Positions 9,133 through 17,493 of a stretch of 64,000 bases of DNA are shown one piece after another. Where the stretch lies: positions 15,498 through 79,497 of the forward strand of contig CBDBLF010000009.1 in NCBI GenBank assembly GCA_965206985.1, written 5' to 3'. The position numbers and the translations under genes were made by a program. The notes beneath the pieces were generated by a model, which saw only the letters and a program-made list of their open reading frames with translations, did no database searches and was not told where the DNA came from. Source of the DNA: Spirochaetota bacterium (lineage in GTDB: Bacteria; Spirochaetota; Leptospiria; Turneriellales; CBDBES01). Every line of letters begins with the position of its first letter. Position 1 is the first letter of the stretch.

Positions 9133-9282
9133 AACGGCGAAGCAATCAGCCCCAAGAGCCATATTGTATTCTAAAACATAGGGGTCAAACAAAAAGAGAG
9201 GAGGCTCAGCGGAGGCTGGGAGCTTGTGCGGGAACTAGGATTTTTCTTGCTTTTCTGTGTTCTTCTTTGTTTATGTCTTATT

Positions 9283-10980
9283 ATGAAACGATTTATGAAA
9301 AGTGATAGAGATCAAGTTATGCTGTTTTCGCATACTATAGCAGACAATTTAGAAGAAAATCACGAGGTTTATGCCTTTGCTGCCTTGTTAGATAAAATTC
9401 CTATGAAACCATTTCTTTCTAAGTACTCAAAAGAAGGGGGTCGGGCTTACCATCCGGTTATAATGCTGGGATGCCTTTTTTATGGCTTTCATCGTGGATG
9501 GAGAAGCAGCAGAGAATTACAAAAAGCCTGTGAAGAGAACGACGCCATGCGTTATTTAGTTGGTGGTCATAAAGTAAAGTTTCGGTCTATTGCTGAATTC
9601 CGTGTTAATTTTGGTAAAGAAATTGGCGAAGTTTTTAATTACTCTGTATCTTTGCTATCCCACAAAAAGAAAAATATTGGTACTGATGTTAAGGTAGATG
9701 GAACTAAAATCAAAGCCAGTGCTGCTGACGATCAAACATACAAAAAGTCAGATTTAGAGGAACGTAAAAGAGCTATACAGCAAGAGATCTTAGAGTATCT
9801 ACGCTCAGGTAGAGAATTAGATATTGAGGAAGATAAACTATATGGTAAAGACAACAGTGGCTATGAGCTTAATCCTGAAGAGGTAGATACGGTCATTGAG
9901 GAGTTTATTCGCTTACAAAAAGCGAGTGAAAAGGCAAAGAGAGAGTCATTAAAAACAGCAGAAGGAAAGCAAAGTGAACCAGCCGAGTTTTCTACATCTG
10001 TTGAAAAAGATTCTTCAGAAACTATAGAAGGTACACAGGATATAGAAGCTCTAAAAACAGGAGAAAAAGAAGTTGAGGTCTTTTTAGAAGATACAACTAA
10101 TTCTCATGCTAACGAGCCAGAATTATTGATAAATGAAGACCAGGCTGCAGAAGATAATGATTCTGTTATGCTTAGGAAAGCTCAAAAGTATGTTACGATC
10201 AGTAAAAGTCTGGAAGAGAATCAAGAGTCTGCTTCTGATTCTAAAATAAATCTTACTGATCCAGATGCTAAATTCATGAAACGGAATGGTAAAATTTCTC
10301 AAAGCTACAACATTCAAGTTACCTCATCAGAAGGCTATATTTTGGCAGCTGACATTGCTGAAGCTAATTCAGAAAATGATTTAGAGCAATTAGCTCCTAC
10401 CCTTTCTAAAGCTGAGTCAAACACAGGGACCAGTATACGGACAGCTTCTGCAGATTCGGGTTACTTTCATTCAAGTGGTTTGGAATACCTGGATTCAAAA
10501 GGGATCAATGGTTTTATACCTTCACCTGATCAGGTAGCCAAAGAAAGAAAAGGAGAAGAGGGTTCAGGTTATGAAGCTCATCAGTTTAAATATGACGAGG
10601 ATGATGATTCTTGGGTTTGCCCCGAGGGTAAAACCTTAGAATTTCATAATGAATCTGTGAAAGATAAAAAGAAATATACTCATTATCATGGTAAACCTCC
10701 TGACTGTGTCATTTGCCCTGCCAGAGAACAATGTTGTACGAGCGAAGAAGAGTTACGCAGAGGTTATCGCAAATTGTCAGTAGACTCTGGTTTTGCTTTA
10801 AAACATGAAATGATCAAGAAGATGAATTCAGAAGAAGCAAAGTCTTTCTATAAAAAGCGAGGTTCTGAAATTGAACCCATTTTTGGAATTTTGAAACAAG
10901 CCAAAAAGTTCAGAGAATTCTTGCTCAGAGGCAGTAAAAAGGTTCAAATAGAGGTAAAAATCGGGTCGTGTCATATTTAA
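9283..10980 (+). CDS. IS1182-family transposase, C-terminus replaced by IS1-like insertion
   Basis: DUF772-like N-terminus (GGRAYHPVIMLGCLFYGFHRGWRSSRELQKAC..FRSIAEFR). DDE region (LTDPDAKFMKRNGKISQSYNIQV..., ADSGYF). The track start GTG 9226 lies inside the IR, and ATG 9283 is likelier. The native last ~17 codons (..IAATAFNFGKMVREQLA*) resume after the insertion at 12161. Confidence 0.8.
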   Translation: MKRFMKSDRDQVMLFSHTIADNLEENHEVYAFAALLDKIPMKPFLSKYSKEGGRAYHPVIMLGCLFYGFHRGWRSSRELQKACEENDAMRYLVGGHKVKFRSIAEFRVNFGKEIGEVFNYSVSLLSHKKKNIGTDVKVDGTKIKASAADDQTYKKSDLEERKRAIQQEILEYLRSGRELDIEEDKLYGKDNSGYELNPEEVDTVIEEFIRLQKASEKAKRESLKTAEGKQSEPAEFSTSVEKDSSETIEGTQDIEALKTGEKEVEVFLEDTTNSHANEPELLINEDQAAEDNDSVMLRKAQKYVTISKSLEENQESASDSKINLTDPDAKFMKRNGKISQSYNIQVTSSEGYILAADIAEANSENDLEQLAPTLSKAESNTGTSIRTASADSGYFHSSGLEYLDSKGINGFIPSPDQVAKERKGEEGSGYEAHQFKYDEDDDSWVCPEGKTLEFHNESVKDKKKYTHYHGKPPDCVICPAREQCCTSEEELRRGYRKLSVDSGFALKHEMIKKMNSEEAKSFYKKRGSEIEPIFGILKQAKKFREFLLRGSKKVQIEVKIGSCHI

Positions 10981-11741
10981 TCAAAGTTTCTATTTGCGAT
11001 GAATAATTCTTGTATAGACCACTTATGATTCGTCATTTCTGTAGCCATTGCTGGGGTGATTTGAATTGGTTTTCCTCCCTCATACTCAGCTAGACTTGAA
11101 TGTGGAAGGCAGAAATTGTAATAATTAGCAACAAAAGAATTATGTCCCTGCATATATTTGAATTTTTTTGAAAAACCCTGACTTTTACGCTCTATTCTAT
11201 GATTGTGTTGGCGAAGAGTCAAATTATTCCTTTCTACAGCAAAGGTGTTCATCTGATGACTTACTGAAGAGTTTGCAATATATTCATCTAGTAGCTTTTG
11301 ATCACCAAAGATTAGAGACTTGTCAACTTCCTTACATCTCCCTTTTTCTATTCTCTTAATTATTTGCCCATAACATAGAGATTTGGGTGATTGAAGCTTT
11401 CTAGTCATTGAGTCAAATTTACCATAAACTGAAAGAATGGCATCACTATATCCCTCATATCCATCAGAAGTAATCAAGAATTTATCTTCCCTCTTTGGCT
11501 TACTTCTTGTTTTTACCTTGGTCAGTAACTTTCTAGCATTCACTGAGGTCCTCTTGCCTGTTATATGCGCTAAAATGAGCTTTTCTACAGGCAATACTGC
11601 AGTAAAAGTCCAGATATCCCCTATTTCATCACTTAATCGCTCAGTCTCTGATAGATTGTATTGTTTTTTAAAGACAAAACCCCAATGCTCGTCTAATTGA
11701 ATTTCATTGAAAGACAGGTTTTTGTATATATTTTTTTTCAA
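10977..11741 (-). CDS. insB: IS1-family InsB-like ORF (copy C)
   Basis: Protein identical to the other copies; a few silent DNA differences. Confidence 0.8.
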   Translation of the reverse strand: MKKNIYKNLSFNEIQLDEHWGFVFKKQYNLSETERLSDEIGDIWTFTAVLPVEKLILAHITGKRTSVNARKLLTKVKTRSKPKREDKFLITSDGYEGYSDAILSVYGKFDSMTRKLQSPKSLCYGQIIKRIEKGRCKEVDKSLIFGDQKLLDEYIANSSVSHQMNTFAVERNNLTLRQHNHRIERKSQGFSKKFKYMQGHNSFVANYYNFCLPHSSLAEYEGGKPIQITPAMATEMTNHKWSIQELFIANRNFD

Positions 11742-12081
11742 CTTTTAGTGAATCTTCACCTGCTGCTTTAACCCAAGCAAGAACTGTATCCTTGCTGATA
11801 CCAAAGACTCTTCCGGTAGCTCTAATGCCACAGCCCTCAACTGTGTTTTGTAATACCCGAGTAATGGTTTCTTTGCTTTTCTTGCGACGAAAAAAAATAG
11901 TGCCTTTATTCTCTGAAAAGCATCTACCACAAGCGGTGCACTTTAAATAGGCTATTTGTTTGTACTTACCAGACATATAAGCAAAGCGCACATTTCCTTC
12001 ATTTACCTTATGATACTTATGGCAGTCTGTATTTTGACAGCTAAAACCACTTGTATCAAAGGTATATTTTCTTTTGTTCAT
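11704..12081 (-). CDS. insA: IS1-family InsA-like ORF (copy C)
   Basis: Identical 125-aa product. Confidence 0.8.
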   Translation of the reverse strand: MNKRKYTFDTSGFSCQNTDCHKYHKVNEGNVRFAYMSGKYKQIAYLKCTACGRCFSENKGTIFFRRKKSKETITRVLQNTVEGCGIRATGRVFGISKDTVLAWVKAAGEDSLKVEKKYIQKPVFQ

Positions 12082-12442
12082 AATGAGACATAACCTTAAT
12101 TTAAGGGAGATAAGTCAATTCCTTTTTTAATTGGAAACTTTGATTAAATATGACACGACCAAAAATCGCAGCTACAGCATTTAATTTTGGCAAAATGGTA
12201 CGAGAACAACTTGCATAAACTATAAATTCCTTGACATATTTGAAAAATGAGACTGACGCAGCAAATATCTCATAAAATGCACTGAAAAATCCTAGTTCCT
12301 GCACAAGCTCCTGGGAGAACTTAAAGAAAAGAAAAGATAAGAGGTAAACCAGTAGTCGTAAAATAGAAGTTGACCAGAACCAATATTTGGTTTGTACGCC
12401 TTTTGGGGAGCATCATATTTACTCAGCCTACTTAATAAATGC

Positions 12443-12643
12443 TCAAGCCAGAGATTGTGCTTCTTCAAACCTTTTTTTTGCTTCGGCCATCCACTTCTCT
12501 CCATCTTCTTTTGATTTACCTTCGTTTTGCTTCATAATATTTGCATGGTCGGCCATATAGTGAGGCATCATTTGCTTGAACCACCCCTCAAAATCTTCTG
12601 CCTCAAACGTCACATCACACACATCACATTCTAGCCTTTTCAT
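12443..12643 (-). CDS. Small protein, DUF1059-like (predicted small metal-binding protein)
   Basis: 66 aa, MKRLECDVCDVTFEAEDFEGWFKQMMPHYMADH... Cys/His pattern and size resemble DUF1059. Confidence 0.4.
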   Translation of the reverse strand: MKRLECDVCDVTFEAEDFEGWFKQMMPHYMADHANIMKQNEGKSKEDGEKWMAEAKKRFEEAQSLA

Positions 12644-12751
12644 AAGCTGTATATTATTCTATGACTGAATCTGTCAAGAATAAAATAATTTTGTTTCTTA
12701 AAATTTATTCTGATCCTACCCCGATGTTGTGGACAGTCATATCCTCTTATC

Positions 12752-12826
12752 TTTTTATCAAATAGTAAATTTTTATCAAATAGTAAAACTGTTTTCCTTG
12801 TTTTTGTTGTTTTCCTTGTTTTTGTT
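12752..12826. repeat. Two adjacent perfect 18-bp tandem duplications in a divergent intergenic region
   Basis: tttttatcaaatagtaaa x2 (12752-12787) and gttttccttgtttttgtt x2 (12791-12826). Confidence 0.9.
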
Positions 12827-13110
12827 TGGGAGATGCTCAACCCGGATCTCAAACCCTCTGGGCTCAATTTTACAAAGTTTCTAGCTACGGTCATTGTTAG
12901 ATCAAGTAGCATGTTCTCGGTAGAAATATGACCATACTTCTAGCTAAAGCATCGACTTGAACTTACTCTATAGGGCACTCATGGAAAGCTTAATCAAAAT
13001 ACTCACTTTTTGAGTGGTTACCTTGAAAATTGCAATAAATCCAGTAAAGGACTTGTCGGCACATACCAACTTGTATCTTTGGAGGGACGTTTTGCGTTTT
13101 GTGTTGTGAT

Positions 13111-13743
13111 ATGCAGTATTCGCTAGAAATTATAACAGGTAGCCTTGTTTTTCTCTCTGTGTTCTCTCTCACTCTTATTTTTGAGAGATCGTGGAGTATC
13201 GTTCATAGAATCAAGAGAATTGACCGCTCCGTAGAAGGGAAGCTTCTTGATTATCTCCTCCAGAAAGAACATAGTGATGCCGCCTCTCTCTGTAGACTTC
13301 AAACTCATCCCGCTTTTCATGTTGCGCTTGAGCTTATTGAGTATGTTTTAAATTACAAAAGAACGAAAGAAAGTAAAGATCTCAGGGATGTTGCCAATGA
13401 GGCTATTCTTGAGCAGACTCGTCGTCTTGAGAGATTTGTTCCTCCCCTCGGGACCATTTCCACGGTGGCTCCTTCCTTGGGTCTTTTAGGCACTGTCACT
13501 GGCATGATTAAATCGTTTTCTGCTTTCGAACAAGGTGCTTCTCGTTCGGCTGAGTTGTTTGGTGGCATTGACGAAGCTCTGATCACCACCGCTATCGGTT
13601 TAGTAATTGCCATACCCGCACTTGTCATGTACAATTATTTTGTTCGAAGAACTGCTAGCATCGTTGATGAAACCAGTGCTCTTGCCGAAATTGTTTTGAA
13701 AAATTTGCAAAAGATGTTAGAAAAAAAAATGGTAAGAGAATGA
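13111..13743 (+). CDS. exbB: MotA/TolQ/ExbB-family proton channel protein
   Basis: Three TM segments. Signature LGLLGTVTGMIKSF...GGIDEALITTAIGLVIAIPALVMYNYF. ATG 13111 preferred over track start TTG 13099. Confidence 0.85.
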   Translation: MQYSLEIITGSLVFLSVFSLTLIFERSWSIVHRIKRIDRSVEGKLLDYLLQKEHSDAASLCRLQTHPAFHVALELIEYVLNYKRTKESKDLRDVANEAILEQTRRLERFVPPLGTISTVAPSLGLLGTVTGMIKSFSAFEQGASRSAELFGGIDEALITTAIGLVIAIPALVMYNYFVRRTASIVDETSALAEIVLKNLQKMLEKKMVRE

Positions 13744-13750
13744 GTTTGTC

Positions 13751-14155
13751 GTGTCTTCTCAGTCAAGCCTTGAAGAAATTAATCGCAAGCTGTTACAAGA
13801 ACAGCAAAGCGGGTTTGTCTACCGATTTTTTATCGACTCTTCAAAGAGAATATATCTTCACTTATGGCAAAAACTAGAGTTTGCAGAAGATCAAGAGCAT
13901 TCTTTTGGTATCGAAAAATTTCAACTTTCGAATGAAGATTGGGCGTTTGAATGGAAAAAAGGCTCAAGTCTCAAATATGCTCAAATATCTGAAACACATA
14001 TTCCGTGTAAGCCAAAAGCATCTCCCCTCATGATTATGCAATCAGAAAAAAATGCTGAGGCCCATGACTATTTTAGCAATTACCTTCGAGGAAGTTCAAT
14101 GGATGTTGCTTTACCTGAGATTAATTTCTTGAGGGAGATATTCAAAGCCTCCTAA
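13751..14155 (+). CDS. Hypothetical soluble protein inserted between exbB and exbD
   Basis: 134-aa ORF (GTG start). No TM segment and no recognisable motif. Tightly packed between the two stator genes. Confidence 0.45.
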   Translation: MSSQSSLEEINRKLLQEQQSGFVYRFFIDSSKRIYLHLWQKLEFAEDQEHSFGIEKFQLSNEDWAFEWKKGSSLKYAQISETHIPCKPKASPLMIMQSEKNAEAHDYFSNYLRGSSMDVALPEINFLREIFKAS

Positions 14156-14168
14156 ATATTTTAGCGTT

Positions 14169-14567
14169 ATGTCGAGAAGTAAATTAAAAATACGCTCTGG
14201 CCTTGAACTTACTTCCATGGTTGATGTCGTTCTTCTCTTAATCACGTATTTTTTGGTGAATGCTACATTGATAAAAAATCAAGCAATTAAAATCAGGCTA
14301 CCCAAATCGGTTAGTGCCAAAAGTGAGATAAAAAAAAATATTGTTGTTCAAATTACAGGGAAGGATAAGATACTTCTTGACAGTTTACCTGTTACATTAA
14401 CCCAATTACCCATTGAAATCAGAAAAATAATTGGTAAAGACAGCAAGCGTCAAGTAACGATCAAAGGAGACAAAGAAGCGAGTTATCAGAGTCTTATCTC
14501 GGTTATCGATTATATAAAAGAATCGGGCATCGTTAATTTTAATTTAGCGACAGAGAGGGTTCGCTGA
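14169..14567 (+). CDS. exbD: ExbD/TolR-family biopolymer transport protein
   Basis: 132 aa. N-terminal TM with LTSMVDVVLLLITYFLV. C-terminal periplasmic domain (VTIKGDKEASYQSLISVIDYIKESG). Confidence 0.85.
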   Translation: MSRSKLKIRSGLELTSMVDVVLLLITYFLVNATLIKNQAIKIRLPKSVSAKSEIKKNIVVQITGKDKILLDSLPVTLTQLPIEIRKIIGKDSKRQVTIKGDKEASYQSLISVIDYIKESGIVNFNLATERVR

Positions 14568-14576
14568 GGGGTTTTT

Positions 14577-15707
14577 ATGCCTTTAAGAATTTTTGTTTCC
14601 AAAGAAATTGTGGATGGTGAATCTAGAGTCGCTCTCACACCTGACTCCGTCAAACGACTTTTGAGCAAAGGCTTTAAAATAACTGTTTCCAAAGGTGCGG
14701 GCGAAAATGCTTTTTATTCAGATAAAGAATATAGGGAAGCAGGTGCCAAACTTGCTCAATCAAGCCAAGAGATTAGTAAGGCTAATATCGTTCTCAAGGT
14801 TAGGCCTCCTATCTTTTCTAAGTCTAAAAAAAATGAGGCAGAGCAATACAAGAAAAACTCTTTTGTCATTTCTTTTCAAGATATACAAAACAATCAGAAC
14901 AACTTGAAAGTTTATGCGAAAAATCAGATTAATGCAATGGCAGTTGAGTGGGTTCCTCGGACAACATTGGCTCAATCAATGGATGTTTTAAGTTCAATGG
15001 CCACAGTGGTTGGTTATCGATCTGTTTTAATTGGGGCTGAACAATATCAGAGCTTTTTCCCTATGTTTATGACAGCAGCGGGAACCATCACCCCAGCTAA
15101 AGTTTTGATCATTGGTGCAGGAGTCGCTGGGCTTCAGGCAATTGCCACAGCGAAACGATTGGGAGCTCAGGTAGAGGCTTTTGATACTCGCCCTGCAGTC
15201 AAAGAGCAGGTCATGAGTTTGGGTGCGAAGTTTGTTGAGATGGAGTTACCCAAAGATTCCCAAGATAAACAGGGTTACGCGAAAGAAATGAGTAAAGAGT
15301 TTATCAAAAAAGAATTAGAAGTCATTGAGAGACACCTGATCAAAGCTAATCTATGTATTAGTACAGCGCAAGTATTTGGCAAAAAAGCCCCCCTTCTCAT
15401 ACTTAAAAAAATGCTGAATAAGATGAAACCAGGCTCCGTTATTGTTGATTTGGCTGTTGAGCAAGGAGGGAATTGCGAACTTTCTCAACTCGGAAGGATT
15501 GTTGAATATAACGGAGTTCGAGTAGTCGGACCGAATAATATTGCCTCTCAAATGGCAACGGATTCGAGTAAGATGTTTTCAAAAAATATTGAAAATCTTC
15601 TCGTCCATGTATTTCGAGAAGGAAATCTTGATATTGATACAACGGACGAGATTGTCGAAAGAATTCTTGTGACAAGAAATGGTAAGGCGATCAAGAAAGA
15701 ATTTTAA
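14577..15707 (+). CDS. pntAA: NAD(P) transhydrogenase subunit alpha part 1
   Basis: AlaDH/PNT fold. NAD-binding site VLIIGAGVAGLQAIATAKRLGAQV. Followed by the alpha-2 and beta subunits. Confidence 0.9.
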   Translation: MPLRIFVSKEIVDGESRVALTPDSVKRLLSKGFKITVSKGAGENAFYSDKEYREAGAKLAQSSQEISKANIVLKVRPPIFSKSKKNEAEQYKKNSFVISFQDIQNNQNNLKVYAKNQINAMAVEWVPRTTLAQSMDVLSSMATVVGYRSVLIGAEQYQSFFPMFMTAAGTITPAKVLIIGAGVAGLQAIATAKRLGAQVEAFDTRPAVKEQVMSLGAKFVEMELPKDSQDKQGYAKEMSKEFIKKELEVIERHLIKANLCISTAQVFGKKAPLLILKKMLNKMKPGSVIVDLAVEQGGNCELSQLGRIVEYNGVRVVGPNNIASQMATDSSKMFSKNIENLLVHVFREGNLDIDTTDEIVERILVTRNGKAIKKEF

Positions 15708-15709
15708 TT

Positions 15710-16039
15710 ATGAGCGAAATTATTATTTTAATTTATATTTTTGTTTTGTCTATTTTTGTTGGCTTTGAATTGATAACAAAAGTTCCTCCTACATTGCATA
15801 CTCCTCTGATGTCAGGCTCGAATGCAATATCAGGAGTCACCATATTGGGTGCAATTGTTGCGAGTGGTTCTGGTGGCTGGAATGAATTTTCCTCTCTTTT
15901 AGGCTTCATCGGAATTATTTTGGCAACAATCAATGTTTTTGGGGGCTACGTGGTTACCGATAGAATGCTCAATATGTTTAGGAAGAAAGAAAGAACTAAA
16001 GATGCGTCTTCAAAAAAAAATAAGAAAAAGAAAGGTTAG
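15710..16039 (+). CDS. pntAB: NAD(P) transhydrogenase subunit alpha part 2 (membrane)
   Basis: 109 aa, three TM helices, PLMSGSNAISGVTILGA motif. Confidence 0.85.
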   Translation: MSEIIILIYIFVLSIFVGFELITKVPPTLHTPLMSGSNAISGVTILGAIVASGSGGWNEFSSLLGFIGIILATINVFGGYVVTDRMLNMFRKKERTKDASSKKNKKKKG

Positions 16040-16051
16040 ATCGACGAGAAA

Positions 16052-17449
16052 ATGAACATTTTAAAATTCATTTATCTGATTGACCTAGCTTATTTGGTCT
16101 CGGTTGTTCTGTTTATCTTGGGGCTTAAGCGTTTGAGTAGCCCGAGAACGGCCAGGTCAGGAAATGTTCTGTCAATGATGGCGATGTTGTTGGCAATCGT
16201 GGTGACTCTGTTCGAAAAGAAAATTATTTCTTACGAACTCATTTTTATCGGGATACTTATTGGAGCAGTGATTGGTACTATTATGGCGAAACGGGTGAAA
16301 ATGACAGGCATGCCACAAATGGTCGCGATATTCAATGGTTTTGGTGGAGGGGCTTCAGCTTTGGTCGCTTGTGAACAATTTTATGATCGTTTCTCCCATT
16401 TACAGAATGACTTATTTTTATTCGTTTCTCTATTACTCTCTGTTTTGATTGGTTTGATTACTTTATCGGGTAGCCTGATTGCTTTTGCAAAACTCCAGGG
16501 TATTATTTCTGGTAACAGTATCATTTACCCCCTCCAAAAGACTTTAAATTTAGTCTTTTTCATCTGCTTAGTTGTCTGTTCGTTCAATTTGAATCAAAAT
16601 ATTCACAATGAGTCATTGTTTTTCTTAATTAGTGGCATCTCTTTTATTTTGGGCATTACTTTGGTTCTCCCCATTGGTGGTGCAGATATGCCTGTGGTGG
16701 TTTCTCTTCTAAACTCATATTCTGGTTTGGCCGTCGCTATGACTGGTTTTGTTTTAAATAATTATGCACTCATTGTTGTTGGTTCTCTTGTTGGTGCCTC
16801 AGGAATTATTTTGACCAATATTATGTGTAAAGGCATGAACCGATCACTCGCGAACGTCCTTTTTGGTGGTTTTGGTGCCAGAGCAAAAGAAGCAACGGGT
16901 GGTAGTGTTCAATCTCAGCCGGTAAAGAGTGCCTCCTCTGAAGAATCGGCAATGATTCTGGATGTTGCTGAGAAGGTCGTTTTTGTCCCCGGTTACGGGA
17001 TGGCCGTTTCTCAAGCCCAACACGCGGTTTACAAATTAGCAAACCGTCTGATTGAAAAAGAAGTTGATGTGAAGTTTGCCATTCACCCCGTTGCGGGTAG
17101 AATGCCTGGTCACATGAATGTCCTACTCGCAGAGGCTGGCGTTGATTACAGTTTGTTATACGACATGGATCAAATTAATAATGATTTTGGCTCTGTCGAT
17201 GTGAGTATCGTGATCGGAGCGAACGACGTAGTAAATCCAGCAGCGAAAGAAGATAAAAATAGCCCCATCTACGGAATGCCTATTTTAAATGTTGAGGCAT
17301 CCAAAAGTGTCATGGTGTTGAAGAGGTCAATGAATCCCGGTTTTGCCGGAATTCAAAATGATTTATTTTTTCGGAAGAATACACTCATGGTATTTGGAGA
17401 CGCTAAGAAAACTTTGGAAAGCATGATCGACGGATTGGAGAGTTTATAA
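16052..17449 (+). CDS. pntB: NAD(P) transhydrogenase subunit beta
   Basis: 465 aa. Multi-TM N-terminus and dIII NADP(H) domain (FVPGYGMAVSQAQHAV...HPVAGRMPGHMNVLLAEA...GANDVVNPAA). Confidence 0.9.
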   Translation: MNILKFIYLIDLAYLVSVVLFILGLKRLSSPRTARSGNVLSMMAMLLAIVVTLFEKKIISYELIFIGILIGAVIGTIMAKRVKMTGMPQMVAIFNGFGGGASALVACEQFYDRFSHLQNDLFLFVSLLLSVLIGLITLSGSLIAFAKLQGIISGNSIIYPLQKTLNLVFFICLVVCSFNLNQNIHNESLFFLISGISFILGITLVLPIGGADMPVVVSLLNSYSGLAVAMTGFVLNNYALIVVGSLVGASGIILTNIMCKGMNRSLANVLFGGFGARAKEATGGSVQSQPVKSASSEESAMILDVAEKVVFVPGYGMAVSQAQHAVYKLANRLIEKEVDVKFAIHPVAGRMPGHMNVLLAEAGVDYSLLYDMDQINNDFGSVDVSIVIGANDVVNPAAKEDKNSPIYGMPILNVEASKSVMVLKRSMNPGFAGIQNDLFFRKNTLMVFGDAKKTLESMIDGLESL

Positions 17450-17493
17450 GGCAAGGCACTCACAGTCGCTAAATGTTGCAAATGATAAAGAGC

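Larger units (their letters stand above)
10964..12160 (-). mobile_element. IS1-family element, copy C (nested in IS1182-like copy 1)
   Basis: Perfect 27-bp IRs. 8-bp TSD AAAAATCG (10956-10963 / 12161-12168). Confidence 0.9.
9220..12310 (+). mobile_element. IS1182-like element, copy 1, carrying a nested IS1-like element (composite 3,091 bp)
   Basis: Terminal IRs GAGCTTGTGC(G/A)GGAACTAGGATTTTTC at 9220- and, inverted, to 12310. Flanked by 4-bp direct repeat CTGG (9216-9219 / 12311-12314). Confidence 0.85.

Noticed and set aside
9226-9282. GTG start of the 584-aa transposase ORF (and ATG 5300 start of IS3 orfA)
   Set aside because: These starts lie inside terminal inverted repeats: the IS1182-like IR and the neighbouring IS1-like IR. 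Internal ATGs (9283, 5246 with GGAGG) are more plausible.
12101-12304. 67-aa ORF MQELGFFSAFYEIF... (also 41819-42055, 78 aa)
   Set aside because: It reads antisense through the 3' end of the IS1182-like transposase gene and the IS terminal repeat. It is duplicated only because the IS is duplicated.
12752-12826. Possible CRISPR-like array
   Set aside because: There are only two copies of each 18-mer, directly abutting with no spacers, and no cas genes in the window.
12640-12912. 90-aa ORF spanning the intergenic tandem duplications
   Set aside because: Its low-complexity translation (KTRKTTKTRKT) is generated by the 18-bp repeats. There is no RBS or motif.
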